Below are positions 1-13,900 of a stretch of DNA of 64,000 nucleotides, piece by piece. Both the position numbers and the translations under genes were made by a program. This stretch comes from Perna viridis (lineage: Eukaryota). The stretch is from contig CM074514.1 of assembly GCA_037379345.1 (NCBI GenBank), positions 15,500,001-15,564,000 of the forward strand, read 5' to 3'. Within the stretch, counting starts at the first letter, position 1, and each line of letters starts with the position of its first letter. A model generated the notes under the pieces. The model was given only the letters and a program-made list of their open reading frames with translations. It searched no databases and was not told the origin of the DNA.

Positions 1-388
1 TCTGGCGGTGATGATAATCAATCAACGATCATCTATCAGGGGAAAGTGTTTCTACAAAGAATTTTTTTTGCCATCGTCTTCAAATATTTGTAATAAATTT
101 TAAGGCCATAATGTCAAATAGTAAATAACATTAAAGGTATAAACAAGTCTATTTCCCATTTTCAACATAATATTGAAGTTATTGCTCCTCTTCGTATTGA
201 AACATTGTTATTTTTATCAATCATCAACAGATATTTGTCACATGAAAAAACTGTTTTTGTCTTGAGATACTCAAGATACGGTATTCTCATATCTTTGGGA
301 AGTAGACATAAATTTATGGTAATTTCTCACAATATACTGCAACAAGCACCGATTTATTCCTTGATAATTTTGATATCATCTAAATGTA

Positions 389-420
389 TTATGCAGATTT
401 CATCATCTCTTTCTGGCAGA
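389..420 (-). CDS. Candidate terminal exon of the 1541-389 gene (VCQKEMMKSA*); the true next exon could instead lie beyond the left edge
   Basis: Minus-strand acceptor aaatttacag ending at 421; phase 1 matches the donor at 796; TAA at 391-389. Confidence 0.3.
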
Positions 421-795
421 CTGTAAATTTTCATCGTTAAATTAGATAAATCTTTCACTTTAAATACAAACTAACACTGTTTCTATTTATTAAAAGCCAT
501 TTCCACTTCCTAAAAATTCTCTTTTTCTCACATAAAAAATTTTGTATGATAGAACAAATGCACTTTTAATATATTTTAATCAGAAAATATAAACATTTTT
601 AGGCTTACTAATATTTTATCAAAATAAAGGAATGTAGAAGCAATTAAACTAACAAAAAGAAGGGGAAAAAAATTAAAAAATAAAGATGTTCAGTGATTTT
701 TTTTATAATAAGTAATCTTAATAAAGTGATCTATATTATCCATCAGATTAACATAAAAATACATATTTTGCATTTTAAAATTGACAGAGTGTTAC

Positions 796-1022
796 CTTTA
801 ATCCGTGTTGGCTTTCTGTTAAAAAATGCATTACATCCACCGTGTTGAAAAGCATAATGTCCGTAAGTTGGTGACACAGACCCAAAACGGCAGGCCGAGT
901 TAGTGACTGGCCCTACTCCCTGATAAGCACATGGGTTACTAAAGTCACAATATGACCCCTGTTTATAAGAGGGTTGGTAAGGGTACGGCATCGAATCACC
1001 AAGATATATCATTTTCCTTACT
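796..1022 (-). CDS. Internal coding exon of an unknown Tyr/Pro/Gly/Ser-rich protein ending in basic RKPTRIK
   Basis: 227-nt GC-elevated open frame (VRKMIYLGDSMPYPYQPSYKQGSYCDFSNPCAYQGVGPVTNSACRFGSVSPTYGHYAFQHGGCNAFFNRKPTRIK) bounded by acceptor attctttag (1024-1023) and donor AAG|gtaac (795-794); AT-rich intron-like sequence follows. Confidence 0.6.
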
Positions 1023-1527
1023 CTAAAGAATTTAATTTACCGTATAGTATGTAGCACTATCGTTTACCGATGCTAATTAGTTAAAGTAAAGGAATTTCTT
1101 CCAAACACTCGCTTTCTTAGAACAGCACTGAAGTGGATAGCAAGTTACATCAATACATCCAAGTGTCGGATCGTTTAATAAATATGTTTCATTCGCATCC
1201 TTTCGTCTAATCGGACTCATTCATATTCAAAACATTATCCGTAACGAATGCACAAGCTCGCCTCATAAGACGATTCCCTCCTCACACAGATAAAAGGATC
1301 GCATGCAAATCGGCAAAATGACACTCACTATCTACGATGCGTTCAAATAAACATGTTTGTTAACAAAGTGGGCGAGAACAAATTTAACAAAACACTTGTT
1401 TTACTGCTCATTATATTCAGAGATCCTGTCAAAAAATGGTCAGACACGCGCCTCAGAGCAACCTTTTTTAACCGTTACACAGCCTAATGGTTACAGAGTA
1501 ACGCCTGGGATACAGATTAAATCTTAC

Positions 1528-1541
1528 TTCATCGCCAGCAT
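1528..1541 (-). CDS. Candidate first coding exon (MLAMK) of the same gene
   Basis: ATG CTG GCG ATG AA|gtaagat is a strong donor; phase 2 matches the 1022 acceptor; an in-frame TGA lies upstream of the ATG. Confidence 0.45.
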
Positions 1542-4500
1542 CACACACAAATATTTTCTAATCGGATTTCACTCGTTTTCGTTCCAGCATCCGATTTTTT
1601 CGTTACAATGGAGGAATTTTTTAAGTATTAAGAAATTGATTTTTGTCCAATCTGTTCAAATCATCATGCCAAAAGAGAACTCAAACTTTGATTCGTTATT
1701 TACAGAAGACAGTAAATAGTCATTCTCTTCGTCCAAAAAATTTTTCAATAAAAAAAAATAAAAGTTGAAAATCATGAAATCTTCAGAAAAGCGATTATTT
1801 TTCTTAAGCTTTCATGATACCCGCGTGGGAAAATGAATTGAAAATCAAAATGTAAATTTATTCCTCAGCATGCATCTCTCTGATGAAAGCATTTTTACCT
1901 TACCCGTGGGTCTATCTAAATAATTGTTATTCGTTTATTAATCTAAATGAGACAATCAGAGACCAATTGCTCGACTTTATCTTGGGATGATACGGACGCC
2001 GTTTTCTTGAAGATAAAACGTGCCAGATAAGACGGTGTATTAATTAAGCTTTGTAGGAACTAAACGTTTCATTATCTCGCTGTTAATTGTCAAGAATTCA
2101 TTATTAAAGAGACAATTTATGCAACCAATGTGCAGGTTTTATATCTATACTTCCAATCCCGTGAGTGAATAAACAACTGAAAATGACATTAACAAAAATT
2201 CCTCTACCAGAACAGCAAAATTTAAAAAACGACAAAATAATTACAGTATTCAATACATGCAAATTAATGTGAAAAACGTTTGACAAAAACCACCCATCTC
2301 GTCATGCAAGATTCAGTCTGTATGAAATCCAGTACATATATGACCAGGTATCTAATTCGGTATTTTTCGGGTTACGGGTGCATTTTAATGTAAATTATTG
2401 ACAACAAATTTGACTCCTTTGTGTCTTAATCATCGTTGTGTGGTTTGTAATAATGTCTCTGCTTACTTCTGTATCAAACAGTAAAGATAAAGTCAAATCG
2501 TTAATTTGAAAATTAATAGGACGTTTCTTCTTTGTTTCACTACAAATATGGGTAATATTTAATTGTGTTATGTTACAGCTTCATCCACAATGAGGTGTTA
2601 TTTCAGCTTATTAGCTTTATTGTAAGATATCTGAGCTTTAAGGCGAAAATTTTATTTTGCTGCCATTAAATTCTCACCTCGTCCGTCAGATTTGATAAGG
2701 GCGACGAAGCGGACCAACGATTGCAGTAATTACGTTATTTTGTGCCTTTGAGACAGAATGATAAATGCTGAGGAGAATTATCATAATATTCCGTTAATAG
2801 CCGAGAACGTGTTAAACTCAAACTTTCAAACTTACGAACTTATCAAATTTTTTTTTGACAAATAATATAAATTTTCAAAGAAAATTATTATAGCAACGTT
2901 TCAATTATTTTTAACATTTCGAATTAGTTTTTTTTTACAAATACCGAAACGACTATTTCTGAGGTCTGGAACTGATGGCAGCAATTCATCATATGCCAGA
3001 ATTTTAATTAAAGCAACATTCATTGATCTTTAGTAGTTTCCTCTCAGATGGCAGATAATTTTAAGTGTTTTGAAATGAGTTATAATATCAAAGGTTTTGA
3101 CTGAAAAGACGAATTGCAATATGCTTTCTAAAGTTAAACTAAATAAAACTTAATGATTAAATTTATAGTCTTGAGGCCATGATTTTTTTTCATAGATTTT
3201 TAATCGACTTTCTGATTGCAACTGATTTTTTATACATAAAACCAATGCGTGTGTCTTAATGGTCATATGTGCACAGAAATTAATGAAAACGAAACGAAAA
3301 CATAACAACTATTCAACATACCAAATATATCTTCTGATTGTGCTAAAATGAAACAAATAACATACGTCAATTATATATAAAAATGAAATATAATACTTGT
3401 ATTATATGAAATATTATGTTTATTAACTTGTTAAAAATCACAAAAACATAAATTTATCACATCAAAAATCATTTCTGAAAAACATATTTAAAATAAGGCG
3501 GTTACCAAATAATCTTCATTTGCATAACAAATGTCTACACTAGAAACCGTGACTGTTTGCTCCGCCTATAGTTCCGCCTATCTAAAAAAGAGGCGGAGAT
3601 AGTAAACAATATTACACTAAAGATCTTGTTCTCTTAGAAATGTTTGTATGTAAAAAAATCAATGCAATTTTCAAAGCTTTTATTTTGAACACATCAGGAA
3701 CTAATGGCCACACATCTAACCACAAAAACAATGTAATACAACATCAATTGGCAACTCGATACACATAAAAACCTATATACGGTTTGCCATAATAAAAACA
3801 GTCATACGGGTTATTTGATTCGTTTTAGATTTTATCATATCTGGTGTTTTAAATAAATTCGTAAACAAACCTTTGAAGTGACTAGTCAATTTTAAACAAC
3901 GTATGTGAATGAAGGAGTGCTATAGGAAATATGTATAGCGTTTGATACCACAACAAAAAACATATAATATGGGAGCATAGTGGTTAAAATATATACACAC
4001 AATTATATAGAGCAGTTCATTGACTTAACCAAAGCAATGCCATCATGATATGTCAAAAATTGTGTAACTTTTGAAATAGAGAATATTAATGCAGAATCGC
4101 CATCTCCTTTCCCTCAACGACAAAGAGTTTCCTGTGAGCCTTTTATTCGACATTTACACGATCCAGAGAAACCGTGAAATCACATTGAGATGTCAGGTTA
4201 TCTAATTTAATCTTAATTCTTTACTAGAAAATGTGAATATCGAAATCCACCCAAAACTAAGTCTGCATTTAAATGCACGGCAACTTGCTTTCATTAAATT
4301 TTCTGCCCACCCATAACATGAATACTTTCTTCTAATACGACACTATATGTGGCCATAGAATGTACAACGATATATCATTTTTCAGACGATTTTCATGTTT
4401 ATATTCGGCATACATTAAAGCCAGAGGAGACGCATTAGATTCGTATGAAAATATTCGGATACAAAACAAGTCGTTTTCCATTAAATTTTCATAGATGCCC

Positions 4501-5554
4501 ACAGCGGAGGCCATTGGTGTCGCAAAAACCTTCTTTATGTTATTTTTATCCTTAAATAAAATCTTTATAATGCTGTAAAAGTGATAAGAGATTATTAAAA
4601 CGACGTAAACACCTCTTTTCTGACAAAAAAATCTTTTAACAATATATCTTCAAAGACGTCCTTAATGTCCGCGATTACTAACCGAGTGCTCGTTCTTTGA
4701 AAATGACACTTATCTTATATAATCTAAAATATTTTGACCCCCAAAAAAGTAAACAATATCAAGTATTTTTGGGTGGTGTCGGTTTGTCTAACGATAGCGA
4801 CACAACGGTCTGATCAATCCTCAATATGACGTCACTAAATTATCAATATGACGTCACATTGACATACCATGTATACTTATGCTTCACACTAAGTTGTACT
4901 GTCGTCACTTACTGTTTGTTAAACTTCTTTTTTTCACATTAAAAACTCTACCCCTTTTTGGAAAACATTGTTTTAAAAGAGCTAGATTATTTAGAAGTAA
5001 CACTTTAGATAATACTAAAAAAGAATCTGACAAAATTAGAATAGTTTCTAAGTTAAAAAAAACTATTTAAAATTGTCGTTAAACTTAGGATAAAGTACTG
5101 ACATCACCAAAATTATACGAAGCAAGTTGCGAACATCTTTGGAGACGTTTACCTTATACACACACACACACCATTCTGAGGACACAAGTTTATGTGAGAA
5201 AGTGATAGATGTGTAAGGATAAGTGACAGTTAACCTAAGGCAACTACATAACCTCTTTATACAGACTTGTGTTTGTGTATTCATTACATTTTATTTATAG
5301 TGCAAAGGGTGTTTTATTACAATTTATGTAATGCTTCGCACTAAGTTATGCTGTTTTTCCTCTTATATTCACAAACTTAATTGACTCACAAAACAAGAAA
5401 TAATTTCCTAGAACTAGAAAAACAATGATTTAGGTTATTAAAGCATTTTTTTAAGACTAAAAACCCATCACATGTACGAAAGAAGTTTTTAATGCAGTTT
5501 AACTGGTTATATTTGATCATTTTTAATCTGACTAAGACTAATCGGACTATGCCC

Positions 5555-5686
5555 TGGGTCCGTAGCCTCAATAAGATAAATACCATATATAACCTCCGCC
5601 CGGAGCCTCAAAAATATAAATACCATGTATATCCTCGGCCCGGAGCCTCTAAAATATAAATACCATGTATATCCTCGGCCCGGAGA
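5555..5686. repeat. 40-bp tandem repeat, about 3.3 copies
   Basis: Unit cggagcctcaaaaatataaataccatgtatatcctcggcc recurs at 5561 (diverged), 5601 and 5641, with a partial copy at 5681. Confidence 0.9.
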
Positions 5687-7786
5687 TACCTATTATATAC
5701 TTTTACAAATATACTATCGATAAACTATAAAATTATAAACAAAACGAGTCCTCAAGAAAGCTGTCAGAATTCAAAAGTTTGAACATCTTTTTTTCTGTTT
5801 TAAAAATGTTAACGATGGCCATATCTACTGAATTCAGTTCTAAGGAAAATGTATGATAATGCACCAAAACTTCCACTTTCGTAAAATACGGATTAGATAC
5901 TTCTATAATCCGCTTACACCTAGTGCTACCTTAATTAAAACGACTGGGCACTATTGATAAGCGATATTGATTCATTTTGTAAAATATAATACCGTTTTAA
6001 CTCTGTCATGCAGTATTTAATAATTTACTAAGTAGGTTTTTTCTATTTTCGATTATTTTATACACAATGTTTCAAATCAGAAGCTGTTTTGAGTAAAACA
6101 TCTTTATCAAGAAGATTTGATCGTTGAAAGATATCACACAATGAGACGTGTTGATTAATTTTCTCTTTTCTTTGTCATTTTCTCACGATTTCCTCTGATC
6201 GAGATTTTATTCTTTTTTATAATTCCCTTGTAAAATATCTCACCCTGCATTGAAAATCAGATACAAAAACGTCAAACAACGACGAAAAACAACATCTGTA
6301 AATGTCAAAAAGACTAAGTTAGGCTAAATCCGGAATGGCAAGCAGATTCCGAGAGAGGGACAAATGATTATCTACTGATTTCTATTCCTTTTAAAGGGAT
6401 ACGACGAAAGTGCTAGTAAGAGCAGATTCTACAGAATGGAATACGAAAATCATTCGTTTTTTACTATTTTTTGTTTGTTTTTGTTTTGTTGTTAAGAATT
6501 AAACACCACAAGAAAGATGGAACATAATAACATTAGTTTTTTGTAATTGTCTTTCCCAAATTTTTATTCCTTTTTAGGAGTGCTCATAGCTTTTTTAATC
6601 TTGATACTCAAAATCTTTAAAAAAGAACTTTATTATTGTAAATAATTTCGGTGTCAAAATGAATTAAAGTGGCCTGTGGTAAACTTGCGTCGCCAGTCGC
6701 TTTACAAGATTGCAAAATAGGTGTATAATGACTGTAAACAATTATGTGTAAATTACATAAACCCGGGCAATCAACAGCCGCCTGACAGGAGTCACAAAAT
6801 GGAAAGGCGTTATAATGAACAAGATTATTCATACAGATCTACAAATGAATACATTTTCAACCGTATAATGATATCACGTACATTCGATAAACACTCGTGC
6901 ATTTGCTGTATCAGTTCTGACAGGGTCTATATTACATCCCCTGATTCTGATAACAGCTACACTATTTAATGTAATCGTTGCTTTTTACTGAACTATAATA
7001 GTAGCTTTTTTATTATTCTAAACTGAAACAAGTATCATTTACAACCAAAGGGGATCAACTCTGATTACCTTAAATCAGAAAAATATTTTAAGTATAAGAC
7101 TTGTTGGTCAATGCGAAACTGTAGCGTTTAAATCGACAATAATCCGTCAAGCAGCTTGGTTATCTAGCTAGTTAACTACTGGAGCAATCATTGTCCATGA
7201 CCTTGAGTAACCTTGCATACAAACCGTGGCAATGAGTGAACATGTCCTTAAACACTTATATATCCTAGACCTTTCACGCTCAATAGTGCACAAACCTCAA
7301 CAAATTCCAATGTATTGTTGTGCCCTACTAGCACTGAAGCGTTCACATATATTTAACTTGGTAATATTGACAATGCATTTAGTATATTAAAGTACAAATC
7401 TCTACAGGTGTAAGTATTCAAAATAGCAGATGTTTTAAGAGAAAAATAGCTCCTAATAAAATAAAATGAAGATTCAGTACTACTGATAGACAGCGTTCTA
7501 CAATGAGATTAAATGTGACAAGTGTTTAGATAATCCATCATGAAAAGTTTTGACTTATCTTGATTCTTACACTTAAGCATCAACAAAAAATACCAAGATT
7601 GATTAAAAAGAGATATCACAAATTGTCAGAAAAACTTCACAAAGGCGATAAATGGCAGAACTTAGAGGGCGAAACATTAACATGTTCGCCTAAAATCGGA
7701 AGGAATTAATCGAAATTTGAAAGTCTGGGCCCAACATAAGCGTCATTGGAAGAGCTCGCAGATTTTGTGATTTATTCAACATAGTA

Positions 7787-7928
7787 CAGGGTTTGAAATT
7801 AGCAGGGCCCACTTGCCAGCGGTCCATAAAATTTGGTGTGGGCTACTTAAGTTTCTATTGTGATTGTAAAAAAAAACTTTACATTTTACGCTGTGGGTTA
7901 CCAAGCCAAATTTTAGGTTAAAACCTTG
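7787..7928. mobile_element. Small degenerate MITE-like element
   Basis: Imperfect TIR: ta-CAGGGTTTGAAATTA ... TTAAAACCTTG; GC-richer interior. Confidence 0.4.
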
Positions 7929-10900
7929 ATAGTATTGTAGTCCTTTGTCTTAACTTAGAATTATTTGGTAGACTTTATTGCAAGGTGGGCGCAGCCAAAT
8001 CACCAAGGAGAGCAACCACTCACCTAACACACCAACAGCGTTCTGAAGGTTGCAAGGCACAATGTATATCAACCAGGAAAAAATAGTTTGAAAATATGTG
8101 TGTAACTAAATTTACAACTCGTGAAAACTATAAAGCCTTTCAGTAGAATGTACATAATGATATTTAAGTAGAGATATTTCACAATGATTGTTTACTGATT
8201 TTAAAGAAATAAACGTGAAAAATATTCATGACGTGTATTGTTCGGTTATAATGGGTTCTCAAATATCGGATGAAAATTGAGGAATAAAGTAATGAAAATG
8301 TTTGTTCAACTACTCAAGGTTATGGCAAGTTTACTAAATATATCGAAATAACTCTAAAGGAAATGTAATACGCTTTTGGCACAAAGCACATCTATAAGTA
8401 GACATGAATTTAGCTAGGGTGGTTTATTTTTTTTGTTCGTGTGGTGCAATGTTCTACTTAAGGACTGAAAGACGTTTTTGTTCTTAGTCTCTGTGATGGT
8501 TAAATCGTTCGTTACAAAGACTTTGGTGTATTGTTTTAGGCAGACAAAAACACGTAGAAAATATAGTTATCTATATCAATCAAAGTTGACAATACTGTAC
8601 CAATTCATTTAAAATGTGACCCACCAAATATAGACATACCAAGTCATTTACACTCACAACACGTGATGGTATTCAGTTACATTATTACAGAATTTAATCC
8701 ATAAAAATAAAATATGCAGGACATAACCATATGAATAAAATGTCATGGAAGGAAAATAAAACAACAAATCGACAAATACTTGGTATTTTTTTGTGAAAAA
8801 GAATTAAAACCAACATTTGACAACACCTTTATTTCAATGGAGAATAGATGTTTTCAGATACGTCTTCTATTTCAACATTTAAAAACCCTGCACTTAATGA
8901 AACTGCAATTTTCAAAAGCGAATTGACAACGACTCTTCAGGTGGCAAAAAGGCTTATGAATGTTGTCATGACAACATGGCAGGTAAACTCCTAGTGAAGT
9001 TAACTAATGAATACAAACGGGTCGAAAATGATTTTCGTTCACATTCTTTAATTCTTTTTATCTAGTATGAATGCTAGCATGTTGAGTTATCGACTTAGTT
9101 TTCTGCTTCAATGATGAAAAATTTGTAAATTCAATCTACAAGTTGAACGGCGAGGTAGTCAATTACACTGCCATTACTTCCATCTTAGATTAACTAAAAA
9201 CTTGAAGGAAAAATATCCCATAACAGGACATGAAATATTGTAATTTTTTTTATATCTTATAAATATATATTGACGCCCATTTTTCGTTTACTTTGCAAAG
9301 TGCAATTACCTAATTTTGAAACTGAGTATGTTTTCAAAATTCAAACAAGAAGAAAAAAGAAACTGTAATCCGTTAGCAATTGTAGACGTCCAAGGTTAAT
9401 ACACTGATCAAATTGATCAATAAACAAGGTATTCATTCAATAAAATTGACGGTTTGTCGGTCTGCTAGTCATGAGAGTCCGAAGTCGCAAGTTGGGATAT
9501 GCAAAAATAGTATGGTTATACCTGAACGCTTCAAAATACTACAAAAATTACTCTATTGGAAAACAGACAAGTCACTGTTAACCCATTGTTGTCATTCTGT
9601 ATTGTTAGGAGATTTTAGTGAAAGTAGTCCTCACTTAGAACATTACTGTGAACACAACCTACATACTGGAGAAACTCATACAGTGTCATTATCCTTCATT
9701 TCTAAAGTGTACGGAGTAAAATCGATGCGATACACTCAACTTTACATAAAAAGATTATATACACTGTAAGAGCAAATATCGTCAAAACGTTTTTAAGACG
9801 AACAAAAACTAGGTCAGTTTAACTAAAGAAAACGTCAAGATCTGACAGTTGCATACATTTTTACGGACTAGTGGTGATTCTAGCAAAATCGTCTCTACAG
9901 GGGTACCTGGTATTTTTACGAATATTACACTTTCAGTCACGTATGATGACTTTTTGGTATAAAAAAAATAAGTACATGTACTAGTAAATAGCCCTCGTTC
10001 TCGATGTGTTGAAGAATTACAATAGATAAATGTTTCAGTCACATTTTGACAAACAGCACAAGCAAAAAGTACAGTTCATTATTTTTGTTTCAGATGATCC
10101 CTTTGATGTAGAATCAATTACCATCGATTTGAAGAACCACATTGCTTTTTGTTTGTTTGTTTGGTTTTTTTTTTATTAAATAAAACTACATTCAAATGCA
10201 AGCCTATGGTGAAACATTATATACAATTCGATACCTACATCATAAACACCGAGAACAAGTATTGAACATTTTCTTCTTTAAAACATAAACAGCATATCTA
10301 TTATGTTGTTGATATAGAAAAAAAAACAATCATGGGAGAACTGATGTTCCAAATTAAACAAATTAAAATGCAGAGTAAATATGTCAATCTTTTCTAATCG
10401 ACCGGTTGACCATAAAAATATAGTTAAAACATCAATAGACCAACCATACAGGTAAATGGACATAGTAAATGGGAAATTATCCCAACGATCCAATTTTCTG
10501 TAGATCTATACACCTCATTGTCGTTTTCAATGAGAATGGAAGCAATTCTCACTATCATTACAATCGCATTTGGGACAGGTATTCTTTTGAACAAGAAAAC
10601 AAATTAAAAACAGAGTTGATAATTTCGTCTCCGTACAGGACGTGACTTTTTAAAGAAGAAAAATCGAATTTTATCCATTAAACCAAGGATGACACATCAT
10701 GAAGTGAAAGGTATAAAAATGGATTCCCTAATGGTATAAACTGTAAGATACGTATCAGTATTTGTTAGGTGTACGAGCGTTCTGCTTTAGATCAAAGCTT
10801 GATACCTTCGATATTACCTTAATGGCGTTTTTAAAATTCATCATAAAACCTTTTTGCCCAAAAATAAATAGCGACTAATAATGTTGAATTTAGGTGAGAA

Positions 10901-13900
10901 AAACATTAACTGTCGGTCTATCAACTCGTATAAGATATAAATATTAAGTACCATCATGGGAAATGTTGTGATATAAAAAAGTCAAACTATTAATATGTTT
11001 CAAGTATACACTTTAATTACGATTTTAGTCCTAATACATGCAACATAAATAGTCCCCCCCCCGGACCAATTAGTTTGCACAGCACATAAAACGTACCTGT
11101 AATTTACAATTACTATTTATATACAACTAATACTTTTAACTTAAATATCAAGTGAATCTATGAGTCAAAAATGCAAACGTATCAAAACGACACCCTCTAC
11201 TATTTTTTTGTTCAGATCTTTGGTCTGTAAAATATATACTTCCGGACTACTTCCAATAAAACGCACTATTGATGAACATGAAAAGATCCAGTTAAGGGGC
11301 TAGGTAAGCTTAAGTGGTCATTACATTTTTGGAACCGCAAAATAAAAGTAGTTACATTTCTCTACTAAGAAGGGTTAGTGGCCTAACAATCGCACAATTG
11401 GTCGAGACAAGGGAGGATTCAGACGTTCATGTACAGGACAAAACTTTACCGGCTTTTATTTAGTCATACCTCAACAAACCAATGCAAAATGTCTCTCGAA
11501 CATGCTTAATTTTTATCTAAAAATGTTGTCCGAAACAAACCCTCTAATTAAAACACTTTGTAAAAAACTCGTGATATGGTTCGATATCATATAACCACTA
11601 AATTTTCTAGCGTTGCCTTGAATACATAATAAAATTTATATATCTGTAAAAATAAGCTTGATATGTGATATTAAAGCTGTGTACCAAATATATTTCATCA
11701 CATTTTCTCATATGGGACATTATAAATGCTGATTTTAGTTTTTATTGTTCACAAGTTTGTTCTCAAAAACGAAATTTCGTAAAATAAACTTGAAGCTTTC
11801 TATCATAAAAAACGAATATTGTGATAAATAAAACTTGATGCTTTTAGCCAACTTTAATTTAAAATGAAATATATCAGGTGATGTAAGTGGTACTTTTAGA
11901 TTTATTACAAATCTACATTGGGACACCTGGAGATCGAGATGGGTGTATCATAAAACAGGTATTCTAAAAAAGAGAAGATAAGCAAGCTGGTATATTAACT
12001 CTGTAAGTTCTTTGGAAAAAACTATAAAGCATTGTACGACAAATTTTCTACCTTTACAGAATAATTTGTACTAAATGTCATCGAAAGGTGCATATATACA
12101 AAGATGTATACGTCCGGTACAATAACAGCTTGTGCCCTTTAGGACGAGTTTTACTCCGTGTCGAGGGCTTTAGAAAGTGCCTTCTTTTGGTTACATTTTA
12201 ACCACGTGGTCGTTATCTTATAGCCAATTTTCACCGTGCCTTTGCTTTACCATTTTCACCATATGATCTTACATTACAATTTTTGAAGAGGCCGTAAATC
12301 ATGCTGTGATTCAAATGGTCATTTTTTTCAACTTTTATTTTCAAGAAGCTGAACTACCATGTACATGCACACAGAATTTAAAAAAAAATGTAATTTTCTT
12401 TTCAAAACGTGTCAAAAATTCGATTTCATCGATATCGGAATCATATTTGTTCAAAATACATTTTCTCTATTTAAACACATCATATTCATTAAAGTTAGAT
12501 TTAAAGTCTGGTGGTTTCTAAAGAATTCTTTGCCGTATAGGTGTGTTATTTTTGCATAATGTAAATAGTTCCTTTTATAGCGGTCCGTGTGGTGTGTTTG
12601 AGTAATTACTGGAAGCTATAAACTTTTCCTCGTTATAATATTTCTATTACACCAATGACGAAGCAATCCCCAATTAAATTAACCTTAATCCATATTGCCA
12701 ATCATTTTACTTTAGATCCTGGTCAAATTTTCCGAGTTTCCCACCCAAAACACACCCAAGCCAAATTTTGATTTATAGAAACTGCTTTTTCATTTCCTTC
12801 TAAACGGCATAAAATTTATGTTGTATATTGATTACCATCATGCATCACACTTTTGAAGAATACTATGGGTGTATATTTATATATGACACACCTTCATACA
12901 TGTATAGTAGAAATTATCTCGTGTTTTGTTTTTTGTTTGTTGTTTTTTTCCATTATTATCTGTTTGCAACGAATTTGGGCTTTCACATCATCATTTCACT
13001 ACACAAACCATCTCATGTCATGGAATCTGTCACAGACTGTACATCAAAAAACAGTTTAAACCAACTGTGAATTATCTTCAGAGGCTTAAAAATGCTTTCA
13101 GTGATTTTTTTTTCTTAAATATCTTGATGAGTTCGTTTAGCAGTTTTACATACAATTCCATGCAGTAATATAACGGGATTGTTTCTTCATATTTAAAACA
13201 AAATAGAATCAGGTTATACACTTTATGAAATGTGCGAATTATAACAGATCTGATTCTCGAGTATGACAAAGTTCTGACTCGATACATAACCCAAAATCTT
13301 GATGAAGAACTGCCGCTCAAGAATAACAGCCTCTTTAGAATATATATAAATCGGCTCTGTCTATAGCTTGTATATTGGACTCTAATATACCTTAACAGAT
13401 TTTTATTATTCGAATAAAGCGACCCTTCAAAGTATAGTTAAGAAGAGTTCTGTGGTCTAGTGGAGCACAAACGCATTCATATAAATAAACAGTTCTCGAA
13501 CAAGCAAAGCCGGCTTTACAACGGGTCTCCAGAGACGTTAAATGCAAAATATTCAAGTAAATACTTTTATAACAGTCATATAAGGCAAGCCATAACTTTT
13601 TTTTTTTAAATATTCATGTTTTATGAAGTGATCATTTTAGAAAATTTCAAAAGAAAACTTAAAACATATGTTTTAATACAAGAGTTATTTGCATTGAAGA
13701 TACATATATTACTATGTTTAACCTGGAGTTATTCATGAAAGACGAACATGACTAGTAAAACTAGATTATTTTCTTATTATCAAATTTGTATATTTTGAAA
13801 CACCCTTTAAAACGTGTGCTGTATCTATGGCAATACAGTGTATTTGATTATAACTAGGAGTTCGTGTGCAATACTACAAAATCCTTTTTGGGGAGGATTC

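Noticed and set aside
1880-1890. CTGATGA followed by AAG as a possible hammerhead core
   Set aside because: No stem II or flanking helices with a properly placed GAAA.
13455-13465. Pol III A-box-like TGGTCTAGTGG (a weaker similar motif occurs near 7157)
   Set aside because: No B-box or cloverleaf downstream; cannot support a tRNA or SINE call.
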